A stretch of DNA of 64,000 nucleotides, from assembly GCA_050575255.1 (NCBI GenBank), contig JBNZDD010013597.1, positions 867,299 through 931,298 on the forward strand. The letters are read 5' to 3'. A model generated the notes under the pieces. The model had not been told where the DNA came from, did no database searches, and worked only from the letters and a program-made list of their open reading frames with translations. Shown here piece by piece: positions 52,020 through 64,000 of this stretch (its first letter is position 1; each line of letters opens with the position of its first letter). The position numbers were made by a program, and so were the translations under genes. This DNA is from Harriotta raleighana (lineage: Eukaryota).

Positions 52020-52420
52020 TAAATTCAATACTATACGTGTTGTGGATCCCTAGTCAGCCCTGAGTTAGCTGATTACAACTGGGCACAGTAGCAGTAGTAT
52101 AATTGACCTTGCCATCCTTGAGAGAGTGAGAGAGGAAGTCAGTTGGGATTCTTTACTCCTAATCGCTACCCAATAAGCCCAGTGGAAACTGTTTATGTGT
52201 GGATTTTGGCTGTGCATAGTATATGTGGATTTTGGCTATGCACAGCATCAGACGCAGCTGGGATATACTGTACCCCACGGTTGAATAGCTGCCAACAGTC
52301 GCTGTATTGGTTGCTACATAAAGAACAGCTGCTCAAGCAAAGTTCTAGTGAACCATGCACTGCTGATGTGTAACTATTCCCCAACCACCTTCAGAACCAC
52401 CTTCAGGAGAGGAGGCTTGA
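52020..52420 (+). repeat. Old interspersed repeat of unknown class; related copies at ~25670-25900 and ~44690-44880
   Basis: Shared blocks CTATCCA..(C)CCTGCTGGAAA, TTGGCTGTGA and CGGTCGAATAG.CT..C.ACA in the three regions. Confidence 0.55.
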
Positions 52421-53444
52421 GGGAGGATAGGCAGAGGGACAAACTAAAATCTCTCATATTCCTTTATGTTTCATTGTGTTTTTAAAAAAAAAACATAGGG
52501 AAACTAAAACAACCATGGTTGTAGTAGGATCCATTAGGGCTAGGGTGGAAATCAATATTTCTTCCCTTCATTTAGGTCATTGTGCCATTCCCATCCCTTG
52601 TTTACACCCACTCTCTTATTTTAAATAATGCTTCACATATTCTGTTTGTTTCTTTCCTTTCTTTTGTTAGTTTGTCTTGTCTTAAGCTCTTGGTCAGTCC
52701 CTTCTGTCTTGTACATTTGAATCAGACACTGTGGGATTAAGAAATTGATTAGCTCATACCCCAGATGTGCTCTACACTTTTAACAATTTGCTTATCAGAG
52801 AACCCAGTCCGAGTTTAATCCTCAACCAGATTTTACACGCAAAGAGCAGTTAGTGATACTGTTCTGTACTAGTAACTGCTGAGGCATAAGATGTTTAGAA
52901 TCTCATTTTAGTTTAGTTAATGATACACATGGACAGTTGTGTGTGAGCTGATTAAGATTCCCTCTCCCTCTGCAGTAATGGGTGAGTATGTAGAGCTGCC
53001 TGCATAATTGCCCGATTTTCTCAGTTTGCAAATGGAGCACAAATAAGCCTAGCTGGACATTAACTTTATCTCTTTTGGGATTTGTTTCCTTTTCAAAGAT
53101 GCTTCTTTTCAAACAGATTTAGGAAGAGTTTGTACCAGTTTGTTTTCAAATTTAGAGGTATCTGAAACTAATCACTCAGAGCATTGTTCCACCTGATGCC
53201 AATGTCGGCAGTGGTTGGGACCACTGCCATCTCTGCCTTTAGTGGCCTGTGTGGTGGTCACCAAAGTGGGAAACCAGTAAACATAGGATGGCAATGTGCT
53301 ACCTCTCACCAAGCAGGAAATCCTGGTTTCACTGCACTAAATTTAGCGCTTAGAGATTACAAGAAAGTAAGATTTCTCTGCCTTATATAAAAAGTACAGT
53401 ATGATGTTGCTGAAACAATATTTTTTTTATGTTATTACTAATAG

Positions 53445-53462
53445 GAGGCTTCACAAAGACAG
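53445..53462 (+). CDS. SLC8A1: NCX1 cassette exon D, 18 nt (GGFTKT)
   Basis: ACTAATAG|GAGGCTTCACAAAGACAG|GTATGA. Mammalian exon D is GGFTIT. Confidence 0.93.
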
Positions 53463-53591
53463 GTATGAGACTCTGCCTATTGAATTTCAATTTGCTTACC
53501 AATTTTTTATATTTTCTGTCCCTTCTGTATTTATAACCATACTGATCAATTTCTTTGTTTTTTTAAAATCTTTTTCCCTCTTTTTCTGAAG

Positions 53592-53606
53592 GAAAATACT
53601 TCAGTG
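53592..53606 (+). CDS. SLC8A1: NCX1 cassette exon E, 15 nt (GKYFS)
   Basis: Long pyrimidine tract, then GAAG|GAAAATACTTCAGTG|GTAAGA. Mammalian exon E is GKYL(F/Y). Confidence 0.92.
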
Positions 53607-53934
53607 GTAAGATTTTATTAAATTCTCTTGAATTGCCTCGGCACTCTTTAATCACAAACCTTAAGACAGCAGATAAACATCACAGCACTTTGTAGTTGTT
53701 TGAAGTACTGCAGCATAAGTAGTCTTAATGTATATTTTTATATCTTCACTATAATTGGTAAAACTTGGTAGACACTTTAATATCTAACATTTAAATAATA
53801 AAGCAGCCATAAAACGTATTTATTAGATTATCAAATTACTTTATTAACCCCAAAATAATGGATTTTTAAAAACTTTTGGGTGAATGGATTCTGAAAATTA
53901 AATCATTTGCTGTGGATTATTTCCCTATTTTTAG

Positions 53935-54003
53935 GCCAGTCTATCTACAGGAAGGTTCATTTTAGGGACAATCCAGTCCCATCTACTGTCATCTGCTTTG
54001 CAG
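53935..54003 (+). CDS. SLC8A1: NCX1 cassette exon F, 69 nt (GQSIYRKVHFRDNPVPSTVICFA)
   Basis: TTTTTAG acceptor and CAG|GTATAA donor. Same length as NCX1 exon F and similar to it (GQPVFRKVHAREHPILSTVITIA). Confidence 0.94.
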
Positions 54004-54372
54004 GTATAATGAGCACATGAGTGTTATAAATTACTAGCTGCACTTCAATTGACACAGAGGAATTACATTTTTTTTCTCAATAATTTAAAATCCTTTTCTG
54101 ACATATTCAGTAGTTCCTGTTTCATAGCTCACTCATTTAAAGTAATAGCTTTTGTCAAAGGGGAATGAAGCACATAATTATATTACCACACCAACATTTT
54201 AAAAGTTCTGCTATGAATTACGTTTTCTGCACTTTTCAATTGTCACATTGTTAGTTGCTGGTTATTAGTACCAATTACTAAAGTCACTCATAATGTATTA
54301 ATTACGTTAGAACTTGCATGTATTTGTCCATAGGTGGCTGCTAGATACCCTAAGCCACATCTAACTGTTATT

Positions 54373-55380
54373 TCAATCAATCAATCAAAATTTTATTTAT
54401 ATAGCGCCTTTCACGTCGGGAGGAAGTCCCAAGGCGCTGTCCAGTCAAGTAGGGGGGGAAGGAAGGAAAGTAGGAAAAATTGACTGTATATTTGTGGGCG
54501 AAACGTGGCAGCTAAATTGTGCACAGCAGTGTCCCACAAACAGTCATGGAAGTGAGGGGGCCAGGGATGAAAGGGGGAAAAAGGGTAAGGGGAGTGGTCG
54601 GGGTAGGGGGAAGAGAGCAGGAAAACCAGGTGTATATTTGGGGGAAAAATGCAGCAGCCAAATTGCGCACTACAGTGTCCCACAAACAGACACGGAAATG
54701 GGGCCAGGCGAGAAAGGGGGGAAAAGATGGCAAGGGAGGAGACGGAGGGAAAAGCAGGTGGGGCAAAATCAGTGAGGAAAAAAGGCGGACAAGGGGGAAA
54801 TCAGGGAGGACAAGGAGGGAGAAATGGTGGCAAGAGGGAAGAGGGAGGGAAAGGTGGATAGGAGGCAAAACCAGGGAGAAAGTGGGGTAAGAGGGAGGAA
54901 AGGGGGAAAGGGAGAGAGGGAAGGAGAAGAATAAAGAGGGGGAAAGGTCAGGCGGCAGGGGGGAATTAAACAGTAACAACAAACAATAATAAACAAAAAA
55001 GTAACAATAACAATAGAAAAAGCAACAACAATTAATAACAGTCCAGCCACCGCTCCCTGTCCTGGCCGCCCGCTTGGATCATCTTCAAAAAGGCGGGAAC
55101 CAGACCATTGATGCGTTCGTTATTGGGATGCTGGGCATGCTCCCGGCCCTCCTCCTACTACTCCGCCGCGTACACCCAGTATCCGCCGCTCAGCCCTGTG
55201 TCCTCGACGCTCAGGTCCGTGTCCCCGCCGCTCCAGCTCCATGGCCGCCGGTCCTCAGGTCGAGTCGTCGGGTTTGTGCGGCTCCGGCTCACCCATAACC
55301 CGAGCCCGACTCCGGCTCCAGATCCAGCCACGGCCCAGGCCAGGCCGAGCCAGCCCCCTGCTCCCAGCCGGGGATTGGGA
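54373..55380 (-). mobile_element. Young composite SINE-like retroposon: GC-rich 5' part, pyrimidine-rich body, duplicated core, (TTGA)n tail
   Basis: Body is closely similar to the + strand copy at 39802-40458. 3' fragments occur at 11123-11280 and 16776-16885. Confidence 0.75.
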
Positions 55381-56626
55381 GAATCTTTCGATGAGGTAAT
55401 GGAATGGGTGGACAAGGGTAGCGCAGTTGATGTAATTTACATGGACTTTCAAAAGGCATTTGACAAAGTGCCGCATGAGAGGCTTATTAGGAATGTTGAA
55501 GGGACAGTGGCAACATAGATCCACAACTGGCTGCGAGACAGAAAGCAGAGAGTTGTGGTGAGCGGCAGTTTTTCAGACTGGAGGGAAGTGTCCAGTGGCG
55601 TCCCCCAGGGATCAGTTTTGGGACCACTGCTCTTTTTAATATACTGTATATTAATGATCTGGACTTGGGTGCAGGGAGCACAGTTTCCAAGTTTGCAGAT
55701 GATACTAAGTTTGCAGATGATACTAAGTTAGGGAGAATGGTAAATAGTGAGGAGGATAGTAACCATCTGCAAGAAGATATAGATAAAATGGTAAAGTGGG
55801 CAGACACATGGCAGATGAAGTTTAATGCAGAGAAGTGTGAGGTGATACATTTTGGGAAAATAAATGAAGGGAGGCAATATAGGCTATATAGTACAATTTT
55901 AAGAGTTGTAAAGGAACAGAGAGACCTGGGGATTTGTGTTAGTGACTCTTTGAAGGTGGCAGGACAGGTAGACAAAGCATTAAGAAGGCATATGGGATAC
56001 TAGGCTTTATAAATAAGGGTATACAATACAAAAGTCAGGAAGTGCCGACTAATCTGTATAAAACTTTGGTTAGGCCTCAGCTGGAGTACTGGGTCCAATT
56101 CTGGTCACCACACGAGAGAAAGGATGTTAAGAAAGGGTGCAAAGAAGGTTTACTGGAATGATACCAGGATTGAGGGACTTCAGTTATGGGGAAAGACTAG
56201 ATAGGCTAGGTTTATTCTCTTTGAAACAGAGAATGTTGAGAGGAGACCTAATAGAGGTTTGTAAAATCATGAGGGGATTCAACAGGGTGAATAAGGAAAA
56301 ACTGTTTCCACTGATGGGTGAATCTGACTTGTGGTCACAGATTTAAAATAGTTTCAAAACGAAGCAGAGGGGAGCTGAGGAGAATTTTTTTCACTCAGCG
56401 GGTTGTTGGAATCTGGGATGCATTGCCTGAAAAAGTGGTGGAGGCCGATTTGATAACAGCTTTTAAAAGAGAATTAGATCTTTATTTAGGGAGAATGGAT
56501 CTGTTAGGTTATGGGGAGAAAGCTGGGCAGTGAGATTGAGTTGCTCTTTTTAAAGAGCCAGAACAGACTAGAAGGGCCGAATGGCCTCCTTTTGTGCAGT
56601 AAAATTCTCCGATTCTATGATTCTAT
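55381..56626 (+). mobile_element. CR1 LINE, 5'-truncated and frameshifted (RT domain to 3' tail)
   Basis: VDVIYMDFQKAFDKVPH, SKFADDTK, KWADTWQMKFNAEKC, QRRFTGMIPGL. Ends in GATTCTATGATTCTAT. Confidence 0.95.
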
Positions 56627-59109
56627 TCCATGGTATGCATAACATCAGATAGAATGTAAAAGGTTAAATAATAATGTAGTTAAATATTCATATCCATAGA
56701 CTAGTATAAAATAACATGGTGGTTCTTGAATTAGGAATTTGCTATCAGCCAATCTGTAATGTTGAAGCTCCCACTGATAATCCCTTAAATCATTTAATCA
56801 TAAAGTGTACATGGGAATGCCATACAGTCATTAAGATATTCAGATCAAAGACATTAACCAAGAATGAAATTTAGCTTTTGCTTTACTCTCATCATCCATG
56901 ATCTCATGGTTCTCATGGAACCACAATGCGTCCTGGTTATGGATTCCTCTACATAATACAGAACCTCTAAAATGATAAAGTTGTTTATCACAAACTTTCA
57001 GAAACAGAAATGTGGATTGTAATTGAATTCTTACTATAGTTCATATTGGGTTTAATGGTGTCAGGAAATCTAATTGAAAACCAATATCTGGTATGTGCAA
57101 TACAAGTAGTCATCATATTTAATTATTTAGTATTTCACAGAAAAATCATTTTTCTGAAAAGTAATCACCAAACAAACCCAATACTCATGTAAATCATGTT
57201 AGTGAACATGATTATGAGAAAGCATTATCAGTGCCACATTAATGATAAAGGTTGCTTAATCCGATCAAATATTGAATGCAAAATTGACTGAAAAATGTCT
57301 ACCTATTAAATTGGGAAATAGATCATTTTATGTTATCACTGCCATTCTAATAAGTAATGGAAAACACAGGCTTAGAAAATATTTCTGAATGTAGCAAAAC
57401 AACAAATTTTAATAGTACATTTTGAATCAATAAAACATCATATCAAATATGTACTGTTCAATTATATACATGGCTATCCAGTTTGTGATCAAAAGTTTCA
57501 ATGTGCAGAAGAATCATAAAGCTACTTTACATAGACATACCATTTCGTCAGACCATTTCCTATGTTTTTAAGGCACCAACATGAATTGGAGTTTGATCCC
57601 TAAAGGGTAATTTTGTGATTGTCTGTAAATTTACCAACCATGGCATGGAATTTTTGTCACACCAAATTCATACTGCCAATGATAATAAATTTACCATCGC
57701 TTGGAGAATCATCCCCCTCCAAAAACAGAAGGGGACTATTCTGCCTGACATTGCTGTGTCATTACTACTTGTTTTTCTACATCATTGTTTGTAATGAATG
57801 CCATGTTCCAACTCTTTTTATATATCTTAATATTTTTACTGCTCAGTTGCTTATCCATTTTCTATTTGAATTCTCAAGCTTCAATAGCCTCTTTTCGCAA
57901 TGGAATCATGTTTCTTATAAAAGTTAAATTCAAAGTACTGTATATTTTTTGCAAATTATTGGTTAAAGGATGACTGTGTTATAACACACATGAATTTCTT
58001 CATATTTGCTGTCAATGCTGCTCTGTAATCAGCTGTCTGGAGAGATCATTCATTCCATAAGAGGTGACCTACAAAATATCAGTCTGATCTCTTGGTACTT
58101 CACCTGCTGACCCATAAGAACAGACCACCTCTAGCAGACAGCTAGGCTACTCTGAGCCCTGAACCCCTGGTCTTTCTGTTTGTTAATCTCCTGCTGTTTT
58201 TCCTTGATCAGCTGTCTTGAGCAGTTGATCAAAATTTATTCAATCAACGAGACGTAGAAACCTAATTTGAAAGGTAACCAGCTGTTCACACTTAGCATAC
58301 TTTATAATTCTAATTCGATATTTAGGATCTGAAATGAAATTTGTGTATCTAAAGCCATGTCTTTGAAATTTGACATGAAATTTGTTGCATGTCTTAACTT
58401 GTCAGATACATTTTGTGTGTTTACAGTAGAATTGTTTATGTCCTACCATCATCTCCACAAAATATGTTTCTTATTACCTGGAGATGATGTGATCACCCAG
58501 AGCACTACGAATAAAACTTTTCAGAGGGACCTAATACCATAAATTACATATTAACTTGCCCATATAACCACAGAAATTTATAGATCAACAGAAGCCAATT
58601 GACGCATTGTATCTGAACTGGCTCTTTTAAAGAACAATTTATCTGTCCCGTCCCCCTCCCAAAACTTATGTCCATTCAAAGTTGTTTTAATTTGAAATAT
58701 GTTAAGGAGCTGATGTCATTATTAAACAGAATCAGAATGTCAGCTTTATGAACCAGTCTTAACATCCTATTTGTGGCAGTGCCCAAAACCTGTCCAATAG
58801 AAAAGTGCGTCCCCAATTTTTCAAGAGAAATCCGCTACAAACAACCTTTGGCTTCTCCCCCCCCTCCCCACAAAGAACCCCCTCCCCCACAAAGAACCCC
58901 CTCCTCCACAAACACCCCCTCCACTACATACACCTCCCTCTGCTGCAAACCTGCACACACACAGTGTGGTCAGCTGTGATATAAAAGGTGCTATACATGT
59001 GTCATTTTGCTGTTGTTGTTTAGCTGATGTAACTATCGGTGGAGTGACTGGACACGCACACGCGTTGCGGCACAAGTGGGAAATTAGATTTACTTACTCT
59101 GAGGCCCCG

Positions 59110-59474
59110 TTGTTGTGATTGTGTCTTCCTCTCCTTTATATGTGATTGTCTCTGTGAGCATGTCTGTGTCTCCCTCCTTTATGTGTCTCTGTGAATGGCT
59201 CTCTCTGTACGTTTGTTTTTGTATGTGTTCGTCTGAATGTATGTCAGTCTCTCCATATTTGTGATTCTGTATCTGTGTGTGTCTCTGTATCTTTGAGTGT
59301 GTACCTCTCTGTATCTGTAATTGTGTCTGTGAATGTGTGTGCCTGTCTTTCTGTGAGTGTGTGTCTCTGTGTTGTGAGTGTCTTTGACTGTCTCTCTGTG
59401 AGTGTGTTTGCATCTGTGCGTCTGTGAGTATGTGTCTCTCTCTTTCTGTGAGTGTGTGTGTGTGTGTGTGTGTG
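59110..59474. repeat. Degenerate (TG/TC)n low-complexity tract ending in pure (TG)n
   Basis: Seen directly. It explains the spurious ORFs at 59090-59564. Confidence 0.9.
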
Positions 59475-59495
59475 AGAACTAATTAATCGCCCCCC

Positions 59496-59769
59496 ACAGT
59501 AAAGTGAATTGACTATACTTTGTGGGTGAAATGTGACAGCCAATTGCAAACAGAAATGACTCACAAACAGTCATGGATTGAATGACCAATTTTTTTTTTT
59601 GAAGAAATTATTATCACTGGAAAAGCACTACACCAATCGACTAACCACCGGGTTCCTACTTACTGCTAAGTAAACAGAGATACATGGGGTAAGGAAACTT
59701 GCCCAACATTTCTCCCTACCAGGAATCAAACACAGCTTGCGAGGCGAGTGTTCTAACCACTGAGCTACA
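59496..59769 (-). mobile_element. tRNA-derived SINE lacking its 3' tail
   Basis: Head (rc) GTAGCTCAGTGGTTAGAACACTCGCC. The core abuts a TG-rich tract. Confidence 0.8.
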
Positions 59770-60910
59770 CTAAACCACTTTCTGTAAAATTTGTCAAATT
59801 TCCTCGCAATTTTCTATTAGCCTTGCCCATAAACCAATCTTAGCTTCATTCCTCCTCGGTTATCCGTTCAGTCCAGTGAAGGGCTATGAATCACATTCTA
59901 ATCTTGTATCTTCTTCATATGAAATAAACCAAGGCAATTCAACGTAGAGTATAATTGATCCAATATTTTTCCAATAACCATTTATATATTAGTATTTTGT
60001 GACAAGGTTACATATTTTTGTCTTTACATTTTGGTAAACGTGCAAGATCCTTACTGTGTTATGTAATCATGTTATGTAGCCTTTCTGTGTGCAAGCAAAC
60101 GTGTAAGCCTAAGAAGAAGGGAAACAAAGGCTTTGAAACAGTAGGTTTATTTCTAGTTTTGCACTGGCAAATTGTATGTGGACTCAAAGAAGGAATTGAT
60201 GTTCGATAACTGATGCATACCTTAGTTTTACAAGCGAATGTCAAAAACTGTGTGGTTTTATATTTAGAGATGGAACAAAATTATAGTTAAAATTAATTAA
60301 ATATTGTACCGGTCAACTTTTTACCATCCACAACAAGCATCTTCCATGATGTCCCAATTAATCCATTTTGCACCTTGATATTCAATCCTCTTCACTCTTT
60401 TATGCATGCCATTTCATTTCTGATCTGTCCTTTATGAAAAGTAAATAACCTTGTGTCCTTCTAAATCTAGGTCTGTCTTTTATCTGTTTTGTTTCTCATT
60501 GGATATGTACCTGAGAGAAAGGAACTGTATCTCGACTTGTCTGTCAGAATATTTAGAAAATGTGTCTTAGCATTTATCTTTAAAAAGAATGTTTTTAAAG
60601 AACATAGTGTAGTAGTTTGAAAGCAGTGCATTTCATATTTGAAACATTAGGTGAGAAGCGAACATATAGTTGATGCCTGCAACTGTTGTAAGTTATTATT
60701 AAAGCAAAAATTGTCTATCATAATGCAATGCAGCTGAGCATTTACACTTTTAATATGTGACAAATTTGGTAAAGTACAAAACAGTTTCCACACAAAGTCA
60801 TTGACATTGTCATAATATACAAAAAAGGATTGGAGTATCAGCAAACATGTCTATTTTTATCTTTGCAGTTTATTTCTGTGTTAATTTCTAGTCCCATGGT
60901 TATTTTGCAG

Positions 60911-61041
60911 ATCATACTGAAAATGAGCATTCACGATCAAACAAAGAAGAGGAAGAAAAACGAGTAGCTGATATGGGCCGCCCTGTCCTTGGAGAGCATA
61001 CAAAGCTGGAAATCATAATTGAGGAGTCCTATGAATTTAAG
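60911..61041 (+). CDS. SLC8A1: NCX constitutive exon, 131 nt (DHTENEHSRSNKEEEEKRVADMGRPVLGEHTKLEIIIEESYEFK)
   Basis: TTTTGCAG acceptor and AAG|GTATCG donor. Phase 1 to phase 0. Encodes the conserved CBD2 C-terminus MGRP..GEHTKLE.IIEESYEFK. Confidence 0.97.
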
Positions 61042-63611
61042 GTATCGAGCAGCAGTGGTCTGGCTTTGGTTGTGGCTGATCACATTGAAAATATTTTCAA
61101 ATAATAATAAGTAATAATCCTTGCATTTAACAAGGGATCTTTCAAATAGGGACGATTTCTCAAAGCATTAGCAAGATTTGCTTTGCTTTGACTTTGTGTC
61201 ACTATACTTTACAGCAAATTAGACAGACAATTGTCTGTCTAATTGGATATTAAAGATACTGTGGCACTATTCGAAAAGCAAAAGGGAGTTTCTCTTTCCC
61301 GCTGTCCTGGCCAACAATTATCCCAAATAAAATTGATCATTCACTTCATGGCTGTTTGCGGGACATTGCTGTGTACAAATTCGCTGCCGGGTTCACCTAA
61401 AAAATACTTTGAGGTTAAGGGATGTATTGGGAAAAAAGATCTGGATATGGATTTATTTATGTAGTGATTTTGCATGTCTGTAATTTGTCAAATTATTTAA
61501 TTCAAACTTAACTTTGAAATTCTTAAACAAATCTACAGAAACCCTGATTTAAAATCAGTGTTGTACTCCCAGAATTGCCATATTCTGGTTACTGTAAAAA
61601 GCTACATAGGGTAAATCTAAACCCAGGTAGAAGTTCTTAACAGTTTATTCCTTTTGACGATTCAAAAGCACTTTTATCTCAAAGCACTTTTATCAGATGA
61701 GTACAGAATTCAACATGAAAGATCTGCTGAATATTCTATTTTAAAAAATAATTCCACATTGTGCAGTGATGTTTAGGACTTCAAAAGCTTCATATTCGTA
61801 TAAAATATGTTGGAATCCAGATGGTAGGAGTTCAGTCCAGGCTAGTGAGAGGTTTCAATTCAGATGAGGGTTGAATTCCAATCTCCTCTGAAGAATTGTA
61901 ACTGATGTTGAATTGGCCTATACTGGAGGCTAGAATATAATTGCTCTACATGTTGGCTAGCTGGCATTCGAGCTGGATGTTATTTCAAATGTGTGGTTTT
62001 GAGAGATGGTTTGCAGTCTGTGCTCCATCAAGGAAAAAAGGTGTCTCAGGTGTAATCTACAGTATTGTCAGTCAGACAGTATTAGCGTGATGCCCTTGGA
62101 AAATCTGCAGCGATAAAATGTTGTGTTATTTAATCCACAAAACTCAATGTAGATTCACTCAATTCTTTAATGCAAACTTTACAAGTCAACGTCGTTCAAA
62201 TCAACCTCTTTCACACTCTCTTTCAAATCTGCAAGTCACTCTTCCCAGAATCCTTTTGTACTTGCACCATCCATAATCAATTGCCACTTATGTCGGTAAA
62301 ACAAATATATAACATAAGATATGGAATCTATTCTCTATAACAAGAGAAGTGTAATGGATGAAGAAGACCCTTTGTTGCTCAGAATATTCTTCTGGAATTG
62401 CAATCTCATCATCTTCCTATTACAGAATAACAATTAGTATGTTATCGTATAAAACAATTTCAAGAGCAACTTCCTTTGATATAGCAGCCTTCATATAGCA
62501 TATCATTTTATTGCACTAAGAGAATCTTAAGTAAGTCCAACATTTGGAAATCATCTTCCTAGAAATGGGTTTGTTGATTATCCTTTATACAAGGTGACTA
62601 AAAAGTCATAGTACCATTACAATGTCTAATATCTTGAATAACTGATGATTTACATATATATATTTTCATATAATAGGGTAAGTATCACGACTTTTTGGAA
62701 CCCTCTACAAGATGCTTCTTCATGTCTATCCTAAAATTGTTGCTCACAACCCTGAATCTATGCTTTCTTGTCTTGCTGCATTTCCAGTTTTGTTCTGGAT
62801 TTGCTTTCACTGTACCAGTTAGTATTTTATATCCCTCTATAAAGCTCTCTCTGCATTGCCTCTTGTAGAAGATGAAGAAGCTTTGCATTATAATTGCTCC
62901 TAATAGATTGTCCCTCTAAGTGGGGATCATTGTTTTCCTCTACATTGCCTTTAGGTCCTAGGCAGCCACCTCCACCGATTTGAGCATCCTGTTTGCCTTA
63001 TTTATTGATGGGCATGGTTTCATTTGTAAATCACAAGACTGGTTTGGATAAAGAATGCCCTTCGACCCATTTGATTTCATCCTTATGAAAAACCCACCCT
63101 ACTGTCTTCCCAGCATCAAGTTTTTTTTTTCAATTACTTCTATGCTCTGACCCCAACTTCCTCGCAACTTGTTCCAGATGTTAATTACCCTCTTGAGTAG
63201 GAAAAACATCCTGGTTTCTGTCCTAAAATGTAGGTAACTGCTCTCAAATTGTTTCTGCAGGTCGAACCAAGGATGTGAAGAAGACCCTATTTACGTGTGT
63301 GGTACTGTTTCGGGAGAGATTCTCCCGAAACCTAGCTGTACAGGCACAGCAGTAGTAATTCATTAATTCCTTAGACTTTCCATTCCTTTTAAGCAAGTTT
63401 TTGAATGTTCTATGTTAGGTAATTGTACCACTCTTTGGTGGGAAGATGTAATTGATCTTGAAAGTTGCGTGATGTAAAGTTTAAAGTGCTCTGAATATTT
63501 GCAGCCAGACTCACATTGATGATAATACATAGATTAGAGGTTTTGTGGTCAAGATCTGTAACCCAGTAAAGTGTGACCTAGTTTTCACTTTATTTTCATG
63601 CTTTGTTACAG

Positions 63612-63711
63612 AATACTGTGGACAAACTGATTAAGAAGACAAACCTAGCACTGGTTGTGGGCACTAACTCTTGGAGGGAACAATTTATTGAAGCAATCAC
63701 TGTGAGTTCTG
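63612..63711 (+). CDS. SLC8A1: NCX constitutive exon, 100 nt (NTVDKLIKKTNLALVVGTNSWREQFIEAITVSS)
   Basis: TTGTTACAG acceptor and CTG|GTAAGT donor. Contains the hallmark NCX motif TVDKLIKKTNLAL..GTNSWREQFIEAITV. Confidence 0.97.
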
Positions 63712-63834
63712 GTAAGTAAAGACTTTTAAACACGATTTGGCTTCCTACCTGTTTTAATGTTTTCAATGTTTTATGTAATGTTTATTGTGTGCTTCTTAGA
63801 TTTAAGTTATAATTATCAAAAGAACTGCTTTGTT

Positions 63835-64000
63835 ACAACAACCAAATTTCATTTGTATAGTGCCTTTCACGTCGGTAGGTCATCCCAAGACACTGGACAG
63901 TAAGTGGTTCGGACCAAAGCTGGGATAGGGGAGGGTGGAGGAGAAGTAAAGTGGGGTGAACGATATCATGGTCGACGAGGAGTGTCTTGAGGTGGCTCTT
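63835..64000 (-). mobile_element. L2-like 3' end with SINE-shared tail, running off the window
   Basis: Reverse complement has CTCAAGACACTCCTCGTCGACC...CAGTGTCTTGGGATGACC..GACGTGAAAGGCACTATACAAAT. Confidence 0.6.

Noticed and set aside
53117-53157. AG...GT-bounded 41-nt segment between exons C and D
   Set aside because: Not a multiple of 3, weak donor (GTATCT), no NCX similarity.
55040-55380. CpG-island-like internal promoter
   Set aside because: Contiguous with a young retroposon body, so better explained as repeat-derived. No promoter evidence.
55108-55518. 136-aa ORF with a Pro-rich N-terminus and RT motif
   Set aside because: Chance read-through from a GC-rich repeat into a truncated, frameshifted CR1.
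1-64000. CRISPR arrays, operons or other prokaryotic systems
   Set aside because: The sequence is spliceosomal-intron-containing vertebrate DNA with no regularly spaced repeat-spacer array.

Overview
This is AT-rich vertebrate genomic DNA. Its repeats (CR1 and L2 LINE fragments, tRNA-derived and Deu-domain SINEs, TA-flanked Tigger-like MITEs) suggest a cartilaginous fish, possibly a chimaera such as Callorhinchus; that is inference only. The window lies inside a + strand Na+/Ca2+ exchanger gene of the NCX1/SLC8A1 type. Bases 1-50403 appear to be the 3' part of the long intron after the large first coding exon, which is outside the window. Bases 50404-54003 hold the complete CBD2 alternative-splicing cassette: mutually exclusive exons A and B plus cassette exons C, D, E and F, all with AG/GT boundaries and compatible phases. 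Two constitutive exons follow at 60911-61041 and 63612-63711. The best candidates for something new are an unannotated in-phase 15-nt microexon (DIEET) between exons B and C, a shortened exon B, residues resembling the teleost cardiac NCX1 lineage, a hairpin repeat with a decayed hammerhead-like core, and a composite SINE fused head-to-head with a CR1. Almost all ORFs in the supplied track are spurious or retroelement remnants. I found no evidence of a wholly new multi-gene system.
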